Source: Coleofasciculus sp. B1-GNL1-01 (lineage in GTDB: Bacteria; Cyanobacteriota; Cyanobacteriia; Cyanobacteriales; Coleofasciculaceae). Taken from it: 64,000 bases of DNA. Positions 21,866-33,337 of this stretch are shown piece by piece. Below the pieces are notes generated by a model that saw only the letters and a program-made list of their open reading frames with translations, had not been told where the DNA came from and made no database searches. Where the stretch lies: NCBI GenBank assembly GCA_040220235.1, contig JAVJTO010000039.1, one strand, 5' to 3'. Numbering within the stretch: the stretch's first letter is position 1; each line of letters starts with the position of its first letter. The position numbers and the translations under genes are program-made.

Positions 21866-24859
21866 ATGAATCGGTTTGATATGGCTAACTCAAATGTCTC
21901 AGTTAATCCAGACACAACTCTCAATGGCTTCTCGAATGATTCTCAGCCAACGCTTGCGGCGGCGGATCATCTCCTATCAACTGATTCATTTGCCAGACGG
22001 CATATTGGTGTCAATGCTGAAGACGTAGCGCAAATGCTGGATGTTTTGGGTTACTCCAGCCTAGATGAACTGATTGATGTCGCGGTTCCCTCCACCATTC
22101 GGCTGAATCATCCCCTCAACTTACCCCCCGCCCAAAGCGAAAAAGCTGCCCTTGCCCAACTTCAGGATATTGCCTCAAAAAATCAGGTGTTTCGCTCGTT
22201 CATCGGCATGGGGTATCACGACTGTATCACCCCACCCGTGATTCAGCGGAATATTCTGGAAAATCCGGGTTGGTATACCGCCTACACCCCCTATCAAGCT
22301 GAAATTGCTCAAGGGCGTCTGGAGGCGTTGCTAAACTTTCAAACCCTAATTATTGAGTTAACGGGTTTAGATATCGCCAATTCGTCGTTACTGGATGAGG
22401 GAACAGCAGCGGCGGAAGCGATGAGTATGAGTTATGGCTTGTGCAAAACCAAAGCCAATGCCTTCTTTGTGTCGCAGGATTGCCATCCACAAACGATTCA
22501 GGTGGTGCAAACCCGGGCGCAACCCTTGGACATTGAGATTATTGTCGGTGATCATCAGACGTTTGAGTTTGAGTCGCCAATTTTTGGGGCATTACTGCAA
22601 TATCCGGCGACTGATGGCACGATTTACGATTATCGGGAGTTTGTCGCCAAGGTGCATGAGGCGGGGGGTTTAGTCACGGTGGCGGCTGATCCTTTGAGTC
22701 TCACCCTGCTGACACCCCCAGGTGAATTCGGCGCAGATATTGCCGTAGGAACGACGCAACGCTTTGGTGTTCCCCTAGGATACGGTGGACCTCATGCGGC
22801 ATATTTTGCCACCCGTGAGGCGTATAAACGGCAGGTTCCGGGGCGAATTGTCGGGGTGTCTAAAGATGCTCAAGGTAAACCCGCTTTGCGCCTTGCTCTC
22901 CAAACCCGGGAACAGCATATCCGGCGGGATAAAGCCACGAGTAATATTTGTACTGCCCAAGTCTTGCTAGCGGTGATTGCCAGTATGTATGCGGTTTATC
23001 ATGGACCAGAGGGACTTAAGCAAATTGCCCAACGGGTTCATCGGTTGACGGTAATCTTGGCAGCCGGGTTGGAACGGTTGGGGTATAACATTAGCTCACA
23101 ACCCTTCTTTGATACGGTGCGGATTGAGTTCGATAGCCAGGACATCGGCGATATTGTCAAGGCGGCGCAAGCCAAGGGGATGAATCTGCGGGTGTTGGAT
23201 GAGAGTGCGATCGCGATTACTCTGGATGAGGTGACAACGTTCCATGATGTGGTGACTCTCCTGGATATTTTCGGATCAGTTGGCGTTGAGGGGATTGATT
23301 CGCTACCCTTTCCGGTAGACTCCCTGCTAAAACGAGAGATTAAGGAGTTTGAACCGCCTTTTGCCCGCACCAGTGCCTATCTGACAGACCCAGTTTTTCA
23401 CCGTTATCACTCAGAAACCGAGTTATTGCGCTATCTTCATCGTCTCCAAGCCAAGGATTTATCCCTCACCACCTCAATGATTCCCTTGGGTTCTTGTACG
23501 ATGAAACTCAACGGCACCGCTGAGATGATGCCGATTACTTGGGCGGAATTTAGCCAGATTCATCCCTTCGCCCCCTTGTCTCAAACCCAAGGGTATCAAA
23601 TTTTATTCCAGCAGCTTGAGAGGTGGTTAGCTGAAATTACTGGATTTGCTGGGATTTCCTTACAACCCAATGCTGGGGCGCAAGGGGAATATGCAGGATT
23701 GCTGGTGATTCGCCAGTATCATGAACATCGGGGTGAGGGACATCGCCATATTTGCTTGATTCCCCAATCCGCCCACGGGACTAATCCGGCGAGTGCGGTT
23801 ATGGCAGGATTAAAGGTGGTTGCTGTTACCTGTGATGACCAAGGGAATATTGATTTAGAGGATTTGAAGGCAAAGGCAGAAAAGCACAGCCAGAATTTAG
23901 CGGCGTTGATGGTGACGTATCCGTCTACTCACGGCGTTTTTGAGGAAGACATTCGCGAAATTTGCGATACGATTCACGCCCATGGTGGACAGGTGTATCT
24001 GGATGGGGCGAATATGAATGCTCAAGTAGGATTGTGTCGCCCTGGGGATTATGGGGCGGATGTTTGCCATTTAAATTTACACAAAACTTTTTGTATTCCC
24101 CATGGTGGCGGGGGTCCGGGAATGGGACCGATTGGGGTACAGTCTCATTTGGTGCCGTTTTTGCCGGATGTGTCGTTTGTGAAAGGTCAGGGATCGGTGA
24201 CAAATCACGACTCCGTTGGTGTTGTGGCGTCAGCCCCTTGGGGAAGTGCTAGTATTTTACCGATTTCCTGGATGTATATCGCCTTAATGGGGGCAGATGG
24301 GTTAACGGAAGCGACAAAGGTGGCGATTCTGAATGCCAATTATATTGCCCATCGCTTAGCGCCTTATTATCCGATTTTGTATCAAGGGAAGTCGGGTTTG
24401 GTGGCGCATGAATGTATTTTAGATTTACGCGGCTTGAAAAAGTCCGCCGGGATTGAAGTTGATGATATTGCTAAGCGGTTGATGGATTATGGGTTCCATG
24501 CGCCAACGGTTTCTTGGCCAGTGGCGGGGACAATGATGGTAGAACCGACGGAAAGTGAATCGAAGGAGGAGTTAGATCGGTTCTGTGATGCGATGATTGG
24601 GATTCGCCAAGAGGTTAAGGCGATTGAGTCAGGGGAGGTTGATCAGGAGAATAATCTGCTGAAAAATGCCCCTCATACGGCGGAGGTGTTAATTGCTGGG
24701 GAATGGGATCGTCCCTATTCTCGCGAACAAGCGGCTTATCCGGCACCGTGGACAAGGGAACACAAGTTCTGGACGGCGGTAGGGCGGATCAATAATGCTT
24801 TTGGCGATCGCAATCTGGTTTGTTCTTGTGTGGGGATGGAGGCGTATAGCCAGGATTAA
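21866..24859 (+). CDS. gcvP: Glycine dehydrogenase (decarboxylating), P protein
   Basis: [36 protein letters not shown]; start may be 21881. Confidence 0.97.
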   Translation: MNRFDMANSNVSVNPDTTLNGFSNDSQPTLAAADHLLSTDSFARRHIGVNAEDVAQMLDVLGYSSLDELIDVAVPSTIRLNHPLNLPPAQSEKAALAQLQDIASKNQVFRSFIGMGYHDCITPPVIQRNILENPGWYTAYTPYQAEIAQGRLEALLNFQTLIIELTGLDIANSSLLDEGTAAAEAMSMSYGLCKTKANAFFVSQDCHPQTIQVVQTRAQPLDIEIIVGDHQTFEFESPIFGALLQYPATDGTIYDYREFVAKVHEAGGLVTVAADPLSLTLLTPPGEFGADIAVGTTQRFGVPLGYGGPHAAYFATREAYKRQVPGRIVGVSKDAQGKPALRLALQTREQHIRRDKATSNICTAQVLLAVIASMYAVYHGPEGLKQIAQRVHRLTVILAAGLERLGYNISSQPFFDTVRIEFDSQDIGDIVKAAQAKGMNLRVLDESAIAITLDEVTTFHDVVTLLDIFGSVGVEGIDSLPFPVDSLLKREIKEFEPPFARTSAYLTDPVFHRYHSETELLRYLHRLQAKDLSLTTSMIPLGSCTMKLNGTAEMMPITWAEFSQIHPFAPLSQTQGYQILFQQLERWLAEITGFAGISLQPNAGAQGEYAGLLVIRQYHEHRGEGHRHICLIPQSAHGTNPASAVMAGLKVVAVTCDDQGNIDLEDLKAKAEKHSQNLAALMVTYPSTHGVFEEDIREICDTIHAHGGQVYLDGANMNAQVGLCRPGDYGADVCHLNLHKTFCIPHGGGGPGMGPIGVQSHLVPFLPDVSFVKGQGSVTNHDSVGVVASAPWGSASILPISWMYIALMGADGLTEATKVAILNANYIAHRLAPYYPILYQGKSGLVAHECILDLRGLKKSAGIEVDDIAKRLMDYGFHAPTVSWPVAGTMMVEPTESESKEELDRFCDAMIGIRQEVKAIESGEVDQENNLLKNAPHTAEVLIAGEWDRPYSREQAAYPAPWTREHKFWTAVGRINNAFGDRNLVCSCVGMEAYSQD

Positions 24860-25247
24860 TTGGATTGTAGGGGCGGGTTTGACGGATAAGGTTATTGAGT
24901 TTAAGCGACAGCGATCGCAGGGGTGACAAACTAGCTGAAGTGTTGAGCCATCCTGCTTTTAGCTCTTTTCTTCTTGTCACAGATAAGGTCAAAGATAGCA
25001 GTTTTTTCTGGGGGACTAGCCCCCCAGACCCCCCAATGGGGGACGAGCGCCTCCCCCATACCCCCTGCGCAACGCTTCGCTTGAATATATCTCATCTGGT
25101 GGTCTTCATCTGTCAATAAGGCTTCATCTTTGGAAATACTAATGTCGCTTAAAACCTGTTTTTAAAAGGTTTTGGACGGCTTGTCACCCCTTCAGGGCTT
25201 GGTAACCAAGCTAGGATCAGAGTAAGCTCAAACCTAGCGCTGGAGGT

Positions 25248-26687
25248 ATGATTTTGACTAACAATTCTCCCGGTTCAAACCAAGACTGGGATTGGGCAAT
25301 GTGGAGTGTTGACGCGGTTCAGGGGGAACTCCACTACAAACGCGCCCAAGACTCTTTGCGTGAGTTAGTCAGCAATCTTGACTTAACCTCCCAAGAACAA
25401 GCGGGGTTAGAATCGGAAATTGAGGATTTAGCCAACCTCTTGGACAAGCTAGAACACAGTTGTGTGCAACTCGCGGCTTTTGGTATGGTTGGGCGGGGCA
25501 AATCCTCGGTACTGAATGCGTTATTAGGACAACCTGTGTTTGAAACCGGGGCGTTGCATGGGGTAACTCGGAATGCTCAAACGGCGAATTGGCAGTTAAG
25601 TCAAGAAACCCTGGCAAACACGGATCAGGAAATCCTGCGCGTGGCGTTACCGAGTATTGGGGAGTCCCAAATTCAGTTTATTGATACGCCAGGAATTGAT
25701 GAAGTCCATGGGGAAACCCGTGAGGCGTTAGCGGTAACTGTTGCCAGACAAGCGGATCTGATTCTATTTATTATCGCTGGGGATATCACCAAGGTCGAAT
25801 ATGACGCCCTGTCTCTATTACGAGATAGTGGGAAGCCAATGCTACTGGTGTTTAATAAAATAGACCAATATCCCGAAGCCGATCGCGAGGCGATTTATCG
25901 TAAAATTCGGGATGAACGGGTGAAACAGTTGTTATCTCCGGCTGAAATTGTTCGGGTGGCGGCTGCACCGTTAGAAGCAGTAGCGGTGCGTCGCGCTGAT
26001 GGGAGTCGGGCGATTCAACGGCGTCAGGGAACTCCCCAGATAGAAGAATTAAAGCTGAAAATATTGGAAATTTTGCACCGGGAAGGTAAATCCTTAGTCG
26101 CCCTCAATTCGATGATGTACGCGGGTGAGGTGAATGAACAACTGGTGCAACGGAAAATGGCGATTCGGGACGAAAGTGCCAATCAGGTTATCTGGAAAGC
26201 AGTGATGACCAAAGCCGTCGCGATCGCACTCAATCCAGTTACGGTTCTGGATCTACTCACGGCAACGGTTGTAGACGTAGTGATGATTCTAGCATTATCT
26301 CGCCTCTACGGTATCTCCATGACCCAGCAAGGTGCGGTGGGATTGCTTCAGAAAATCGCTCTGAGTATGGGTGGAATTGGTGCAAGCGAAGTTTTAGCCA
26401 CATTGGGATTGAGTAGTATTAAGGGATTGTTAGGGCTTTCGGCACCTGCAACTGGAGGAGTTACCTTAGCGCCTTATCTGTCTGTCGCCATGACTCAGGC
26501 GGGTGTCGCGGGGGTTTCCACTTATGCAATTGGACAAGTGACGAAAGTTTATTTAGCCAATGGTGCGTCTTGGGGAGAAGATGCACCGAAAACTGTCGTC
26601 AGTCGCATTCTGGAATCGTTAGATGAAACGTCAATTCTCAATCGGATTAAAGGAGAATTGGCAGCGAAATTAGGGAGTACGTCTTAA
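25248..26687 (+). CDS. Era/HSR1-like GTPase with DUF697 (YcjF-like) C-terminal domain
   Basis: GMVGRGKSS, DTPG, NKID; hydrophobic C-terminus. Confidence 0.9.
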   Translation: MILTNNSPGSNQDWDWAMWSVDAVQGELHYKRAQDSLRELVSNLDLTSQEQAGLESEIEDLANLLDKLEHSCVQLAAFGMVGRGKSSVLNALLGQPVFETGALHGVTRNAQTANWQLSQETLANTDQEILRVALPSIGESQIQFIDTPGIDEVHGETREALAVTVARQADLILFIIAGDITKVEYDALSLLRDSGKPMLLVFNKIDQYPEADREAIYRKIRDERVKQLLSPAEIVRVAAAPLEAVAVRRADGSRAIQRRQGTPQIEELKLKILEILHREGKSLVALNSMMYAGEVNEQLVQRKMAIRDESANQVIWKAVMTKAVAIALNPVTVLDLLTATVVDVVMILALSRLYGISMTQQGAVGLLQKIALSMGGIGASEVLATLGLSSIKGLLGLSAPATGGVTLAPYLSVAMTQAGVAGVSTYAIGQVTKVYLANGASWGEDAPKTVVSRILESLDETSILNRIKGELAAKLGSTS

Positions 26688-26877
26688 TCTCAACACGCCC
26701 TTCCCTTGCTCCCCTCTCCCCCGGTGGGAGAGGGGTTGGGGGTGAGGGGGCTGTAGCTTAAGTTGACACCCATGGGCATTGCGGTGCCTTTATTTTTTTG
26801 GCTACCATACATGACATAAGACGTAGCTTGCTTCTCAAGGGTAGCGAGTATGACGAATGACGAATGACGAATGACAA

Positions 26878-29800
26878 ATGACAACCATTACCATTCGCGA
26901 ACATCAGTCAACCGATAGCGGATTTACGGCGACTCTTAGTTTTGATCGGCGGGTCAATTATCCGATCGCAATTACTGACCCCTTCACCCCCAAACAAGAA
27001 CAGAATCTGGAATGGTATTTTGAGGAATGGTTGGTGTTTCCCCAATTGGGAACAGTGAAGGCGGAACAGGCGAAGGAATCGGTTAAGGGTTACGGGGAAC
27101 AATTATTTGAGCAGGTATTTAGAACTAATATTGATGCCTATAGCGAGTATCGGCAAATCCGGGGGAATTTAAGTCAGCTACAAATAGAGATTTAAAGCCA
27201 GACGCCAGAGTTTCAAGCGCTGCATTGGGAAGCCCTGCGTGATCCGGATTTACCGCGTCCCCTGGCGGTGGATTGTCTGATGCTAAGGAAACATACGAAA
27301 CCCGTTCCGATTGGGGCAAGTATGCCACCGTTTCCGGTGATTAATTTACTCTTGGTAACAGCACGACCGGATGAAGAAAGGGATGTTGGTTATCGTACCA
27401 TTTCCCGCCCGTTAATTGAAGCGATTGAGACGGCAAAGTTACGGGTGAATGTGGAGTTATTGCGTCCGGCTACATACAAAGCGTTATCGAAACAGTTGGA
27501 GGAGAAAGGGGCGGGATATTATCATATTATTCATTTTGACGCCCATGGCTCGTTGATGAGTTATGAGCAATTGCAGAAGGGGATAAAACGGAAGCGGTAT
27601 CTGTTTCAAGCGCGGTGGGGGCGAGAGGATATTGATCCATATCAAGGGGTGAAGGCGTTTCTGTTTTTGGAGGGGGAAACTCAGGGAAAAGCTGATCCGG
27701 TGGAGGCGTCGGAGTTGGCGGATTTGTTGACCGGAAAGGGGATTCCGGTTTGTATTTTAAATGCTTGTCAATCGGGGAAGGAAAGACCTAACCCCCCAAC
27801 CTCTTTTCCGGCTGATGAATCGGGGGGAGCTGGGGAAGCTGGGGGAGCTGGGGGAGCTGGGGGAGCAGAGGGAGGGGTTCTTGATGATGCCCGTGAAACC
27901 AGTTTAGGCAGTCGCCTGATGGCGGCGGGGATGCAGATGGTGGTGGCGATGGGCTATTCGGTAACCGTAACGGCGGCTTCGTTGTTAATGGAAACGGTTT
28001 ATAAACAGGTATTTGCCGAAAAGACGATTCGGGAAGCTTTACGACTGGGACGCCGCGAACTCTACAACGATAAAAAACGTAAAGCCTATTATAACCAAAC
28101 CATCGACTTAGAAGACTGGCTTTTACCTGTGGTTTATACCAATCAACCCGTTAATCTGAATTTACGGGAGTTTACGCCTCAGGAAGAAGAAGATTATTAT
28201 GCCGCGCGTCAGCAGCAGTATCAGTTTACTCCACCCACTTATGGGTTTGTGGGGCGGGATTTGGAGATTCTCAAGATAGAAAAGGCGTTGCTGCGCCATC
28301 CTATTTTACTGTTGCGGGGGATGGGGGGAACCGGGAAAACTACCCTCCTACTTTATTTACAGGAATGGTGGCAAACGACTCATTTTGCTGAAGCCATCTT
28401 TTATTTTGGTTATGACATAAAAGCCTGGACATTAAAGCAAATCCTGCGGGAGATTGGTAAGCAGGTTTATGATAAGTTCGAGTTCAGCCGATTTCAGGCG
28501 ATGAATCAGGCGGCGCAGGTGCAGAAATTGGCAGATAAACTGAAAACGGAGACTCATATCCTGATTTTGGATAACTTGGAATCGGTGACGGGGAAACGGT
28601 TGGCGATTAAACATACGTTATCCAAGACTAAGCGACAGGAAATCCAGGACTTTCTCAGCCGATTAGTGGGTGGGAAAACGCGGGTGGTGTTGGGTTCCCG
28701 CAGTGGCGAGGAGTGGTTACAAGGGACATTTGGCGATAATGTGTATCCGTTACAGGGATTAGATGTTCAGGCGCGTTCAGAGTTGGCGCAAAAGATATTA
28801 GAACGGTACTTACCCGCAAAGGCGATTCCCAAGATACGGGAAGATGCAGCGTTTATCCGATTAATGAAACTCTTGGCGGGGTATCCTTTGGCGATGGAGG
28901 TAGTGTTGGCGAATCTGAAGCAGCAATCCCCGGCGGAGATTGTTGAGGGGTTGGAGAGGGCGGATATTGGGTTGGATTCGGGGAGTGAGGATAAGACGGA
29001 GAGTATTGTTCAATGTGTGGACTATTCCCATCGGAATTTGTCGGCGGCGGCGCAGCAGTTGTTGTTGTGTTTAGCGCCGTTTAGTGGGTTTATTTGGCGG
29101 GATGGGATGGGGAATTATGTGAATGAGTTGCAGCAGTTAGCCCCGTTTCAGGATTATCCGTTTGAGGAGTTTGAGGCGGCGATTCAAGAGGCGATTAATT
29201 GGGGGTTGTTGTCGAACCTCTCCCCCAGCTCCTCTCCTACAAGGAGAGGGGAGCAAGATGACCTCTCCCCCAGCTCCTCTCCTACAAGGAGAGGGGAGCA
29301 AGATTCTCCACTGTTGCGGATTCAGCCGGTTTTTCCTTATTTCTTGCGGATGAAGCTGAATGAAGAGGATGCAGACAAGCGGGAAGCGTTGCGGGAGGGG
29401 TTTAAACGTCACTATTTGACGTTGGCGGTTGGTTATCAGCAGTGGCTGGAATCGAAGCAGGCGCAAAAACGGCAATTGGGGATTGTCTTCTGTCAACTGG
29501 AGTATGAAAATCTCTATAATGCCCTGCAACTCTGTTTAGAGAAGCAGGAAACGGTGGATATCTTTTTCTGTTTGTTTCAATACTTCTTGCAGATTAATGA
29601 TATCCAGAGTAATCTCAAACTCTCAGAATTTGTTTGTCAGAAACAAGCAGCATATCCGGCATCATTACACACCGGTAGAATTAGGTGGGAAATTGTCATG
29701 GCACAGGCTAAGTTAGCCTATTGTTACCTAGAAACCCAGAATTATGCTCAAGCCAAAGCCGTTTATCAGTATGTGCTGGAACTTTACCAACAGCTTGCCG

Positions 29801-31431
29801 GAGTAGAGGAGAGACAGAAACAGCTTTACATAGCTAGCACCTATCACCAGTTAGGAATAGTTGCCCAAAAGTTACGGGAGTATGAGCAGGCAAGGCAATA
29901 CTATCACCAGGCTCTCGATATTTTTATTGAATTTGGCGATCGCTACAATCAAGCCAAAACCTATCAGGAGTTAGGAAATGTTGCCCAAGCGTTAGGGAAG
30001 TATGAGCAGGCAAAGCGATACTATCAGCAGGCTCTGGATATTTACATTGAATTTAGCGATCGCTTCTCTCAAGCTGGCATCTATCACAATTTAGGAAGGG
30101 TTGCCCAAGAGTTTGGGGAGTATGAGCAGGCAAAGCTATACTATCAGCAGGCTCTGGATATTTGTATTGAATTTAGCGATCACTACAATCAAGCCAAACC
30201 CTATCACCAGTTAGGAAGGGTTGCCCAAGCGTTAGGGGAGTATGAGCTTGCATTGCACTACTATCAGCAGGCTCTGGATATTTACATTGAATTTAGCGAT
30301 CGCTACTCTCAAGCTCGCACCTATCACCAGTTAGGAATGGTTGCTCAAGAGTTACGGGAGTATGAGCTTGCATTGCACTACTATCAGCAGGCTCTGGATA
30401 TTAAGATGGAATTTGGCGATCGCTACTCTCAAGCTGTCACCTATCACAATTTAGGAAATGTTGCTGTAGAGTTACGGGAGTATGAGCTTGCATTGCACTA
30501 CTATCAGCAGGCTCTGGATATTTACATTGAATTTAGCGATCGCTACGAACAAGCTAGCACCTATCACCAGTTAGGAAGGGTTGCCCAAGAGTTACGGGAG
30601 TATGAGCAGGCAAAGCACTACTATCACCAGGCTCTGGATATTTACAATGAATTTAGCGATCGCTACTCTCAAGCTCGCACCTATCACAATTTAGGAATCG
30701 TTGCCCAAGAGTTACGGGAGTATGAGCAGGCAAAGCACTACTATCAGCAGGCTCTGGATATTTATATTGAATTTAGCGATCGCTTCTCTCAAGCTAGCAC
30801 CTATGAACAATTAGGAAATCTTGCAGTAGAGTTACGGGAGTAAGAGCAGGCAAAGCGAAACTATCAGCAGGCTCAGGATATTTACATTTAATTTAGCGAT
30901 CGCTTCTCTCTAGCTAGCACATATGGACAAATAGGAAATGTTGCTGTAGAGTTACGGGAGTATGAGCAGGCAAAGCGATACTATCAGCAGGCTCTGGATA
31001 TTTATATTGAATTTAGCGATCGCTACGAACAAGCTGACACCTATCACCAGTTAGGAAGGGTTGCCGAAGAGTTACGGGAGTATGAGCAGGCAAAGCGATA
31101 CTATCAGCAGGCTCTGGATATTTACATTGAATTTAGCGATCGCTTCTCTCTAGCTAGCACCTATGGACAATTAGGAAATGTTGCTGTAGAGTTACGGGAG
31201 TATGAGCAGGCAAAGCAATACTATCAGCAGGCTCTGGATATTTGGATTGAATTTGGCGATCGCTACTCTCAAGCTCGCACTTATGGACAATTAGGATTAC
31301 TGGCAGAAGCCCAGGAAAACTACGCCGAAGCGAGGGTGAATTTACAGACAGCCTTAGAGATATTCCTAGAGTATCAGGATGATTATTGGGCTGGTGTAGC
31401 GCGAGAAATCTTAGAACGCCTCCCAGATTGA
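26878..31431 (+). pseudogene. CHAT (caspase-like) protease + P-loop NTPase (NB-ARC/STAND-like) + TPR array, with three in-frame TAA stops (27193, 30841, 30889)
   Basis: One reading frame throughout; LHWEALRD, HFDAHG, LNACQSG, GMGGTGKTT, LILDNLE, GYPLA, 40-aa TPR repeats; terminal TGA at 31429-31431. Confidence 0.88.
29881..31320 (+). repeat. Twelve tandem 120-bp TPR-coding repeats
   Basis: Units start at 29881+120n (tatgagc...); very high DNA identity. Confidence 0.95.
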
Positions 31432-31712
31432 GACGGGCACGATAGTATCGTTCCCCTACCCTATCAATTCTCCCTGGGTGTCGTAGGGGTACGGCAATGC
31501 CGTACCCTAATCCGATGAATGAGCGCCTAGTGGACTGACACAGCTAAAATGGTGGCACAGATTTTACGATTAAATCGGGCGCACGTCGGGAGAGGGCGCA
31601 CGTCGGTGCGCCCCTACCTGTTTTCCACCGTGAATTGTAGGGAATTCTGCCTAGACGCGATCATTCCACACCTTTTGTCTTGCCACTCTGCCGCGATGAT
31701 ACAATATCAACT

Positions 31713-31856
31713 GCTTTTGATCCGCGTCGGGTTGCTGTACTACTTTTAGGGGGTAATAAAGGGGGAAATGATCGGTGGTATGACGAGAATATCCCCAAAG
31801 CCGATTTACTCTACGACGAACTTTTGCAGGAATTATCGGATGAGGGTTTGATATGA
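31713..31856 (+). pseudogene. 5'-truncated RelE/HigB (Gp49-like) toxin remnant
   Basis: Not in ORF track; reads AFDPRRVAVLLLGGNKGGNDRWYDENIPKADLLYDELL..EGLI*; ATGA overlap with the antitoxin. Confidence 0.75.
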
Positions 31857-32161
31857 AACGAAAGCCAATCAGTGAGTTAAGAAAACAAATGACACCTGAA
31901 CAACTAGCCGAGAGTCAAACTCGCGCTCAACTGGCGTCGTTGTCTCTGACTCTAGCCGAGTTACGTCAATCTCTCGGTGTTACCCAACAAGATATGACCG
32001 AGGAACTTGGTGTTATTCAGTCTACTTTGTCTAAACTGGAAAATCAAGAGGACATTCAAATTTCTACTCTATACCGCTATATTAAGGCTCTGGGTGGAAC
32101 GCTCCAACTGGTTGCCCATTTCCCGGATAGAGATGTGATTATTTCTCAGTTCGAGTCTTAG
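31853..32161 (+). CDS. XRE-family HTH antitoxin (HigA-like)
   Basis: LAELRQSLGVTQ..QSTLSKLE..ISTLYRYIKALGG. Confidence 0.88.
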   Translation: MKRKPISELRKQMTPEQLAESQTRAQLASLSLTLAELRQSLGVTQQDMTEELGVIQSTLSKLENQEDIQISTLYRYIKALGGTLQLVAHFPDRDVIISQFES

Positions 32162-32292
32162 GGACGGGAGGGGGATCTAAAAGGGGGACGGAAGGGGAAC
32201 CAGATCCAATAAAACCTACTAAAATAAAAGAATCCTTGCCCTCTTCAACAATAGCCAGGGCAACGGCAATCTTCACATCAGGAGACAGTACC

Positions 32293-32793
32293 ATGTCCTA
32301 TCACAATATTAGTGCCAGCCTCTCCGACACCGATATCGAAGAAATCAACACCGCCTTACAAACTATCGAACAGAAGCTACCCTTTCTGATTAACCTCAGC
32401 CCGAAAGAACGCCATGATCTGTATAAAATGGGCGATAAAAGTTTAGCCTTTGTCAACAATAGCCTCAACGCCGCCCAAACGAACTCTGGCATTCTCCCCG
32501 CCAATTTCAACACGGAGGAATTCGAGCGCGACTATCAACTGGCGTTGCGTCTTTCCGAGTTACTCATCCGACTCCAGCAACTGTCAGAAAAGGTGGATGA
32601 TACCCTGATAGCCGTCGGTAGTGAAGCCATGAAAAGCAGCTTAACCGTGTATGACTACGTGAAAATGGCATCGAAAACCACACCGGGCTTAAAAAGCGTG
32701 GCGGAGCAGTTAAAGGAACGCTTTAAAGGCGTGAAAACCAAAGGGAATGGGGGTTCATCAGGAGATGAATCAAGCTCTGAGAGTGATGAGTGA
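32293..32793 (+). CDS. Conserved-looking alpha-helical hypothetical protein (166 aa)
   Basis: RBS GGAGA before ATG 32293; LPFLINLSPKER..KMGDKSLAFV, GSEAM, YDYVK, PGLKSV; function not recognised. Confidence 0.85.
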   Translation: MSYHNISASLSDTDIEEINTALQTIEQKLPFLINLSPKERHDLYKMGDKSLAFVNNSLNAAQTNSGILPANFNTEEFERDYQLALRLSELLIRLQQLSEKVDDTLIAVGSEAMKSSLTVYDYVKMASKTTPGLKSVAEQLKERFKGVKTKGNGGSSGDESSSESDE

Positions 32794-33070
32794 CGCTCTG
32801 AGCGTGGTGATGGGACACTCCAAGCGTGGCGGGAGACGCTCCTAGCGTGGTGAGGGGACGCTCTAAGCGTGGCGGGAGACGCTCCTAGCGTGGTGAGGGG
32901 ACGCTCTAAGCGTGGTGGGAGACGCTCCTAGCGTGGTGAGGGGACGCTCTAAGCGTGGTGGGAGACGCTCCTAGCGTGGTGAGGGGACGCTCTAAGCGTG
33001 GTGAGGGGACGCTCTAAGCGTGGTGGGAGACGCTCTGAGCGTGGTGGGAGGACACTCTAAGCGTGGTGGT
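32792..33070. repeat. Array of 13 tandem 21/22-bp units, GACGCT-cta/cct/ctg-AGCGTGG...
   Basis: Unit starts 32792, 32814, 32835, 32857, 32878, 32900, 32921, 32943, 32964, 32986, 33008, 33029, 33051. Confidence 0.95.
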
Positions 33071-33337
33071 GGAGTCTCAAGGCGACAAACGTTACCCGAA
33101 CAATAGCGGTTAGGACACATAGTAGAGACGTTCCGCCGGAACGTCTAGAACAACAGGAAAGGAAAGTCCGAATAGATGTGTATACAAATAGAAAGGTGCG
33201 TTACGCTTCGCTCTCCCCACGATGGCGGACTGACACAGCTAAAATTGTGGAATAGATTTATCGTTAAACCGGGCGCACGTCTGTGCGCCCCTACAATTCT
33301 AATCCACCAAATAAGGTGTGCCACGCCACTACAACTA

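Noticed and set aside
24895..25119. Small ORFs between gcvP and the GTPase gene (likewise 26690-26884, 31549-31749, 33145-33370, 34358-34546)
   Set aside because: Translations derive from REP/STRR/MITE sequence
26878..27195. Independent small gene upstream of the CHAT protein
   Set aside because: In frame with the downstream ORF, and the conserved LHWEALRD motif follows the TAA; it is one interrupted gene
29881..31320. Diversity-generating retroelement TR/VR pair
   Set aside because: No reverse transcriptase in the window; differences are not adenine-specific relative to one template; all units are coding tandem repeats
32792..33070. CRISPR array
   Set aside because: Units are contiguous with no unique spacers, and no cas genes are in the window
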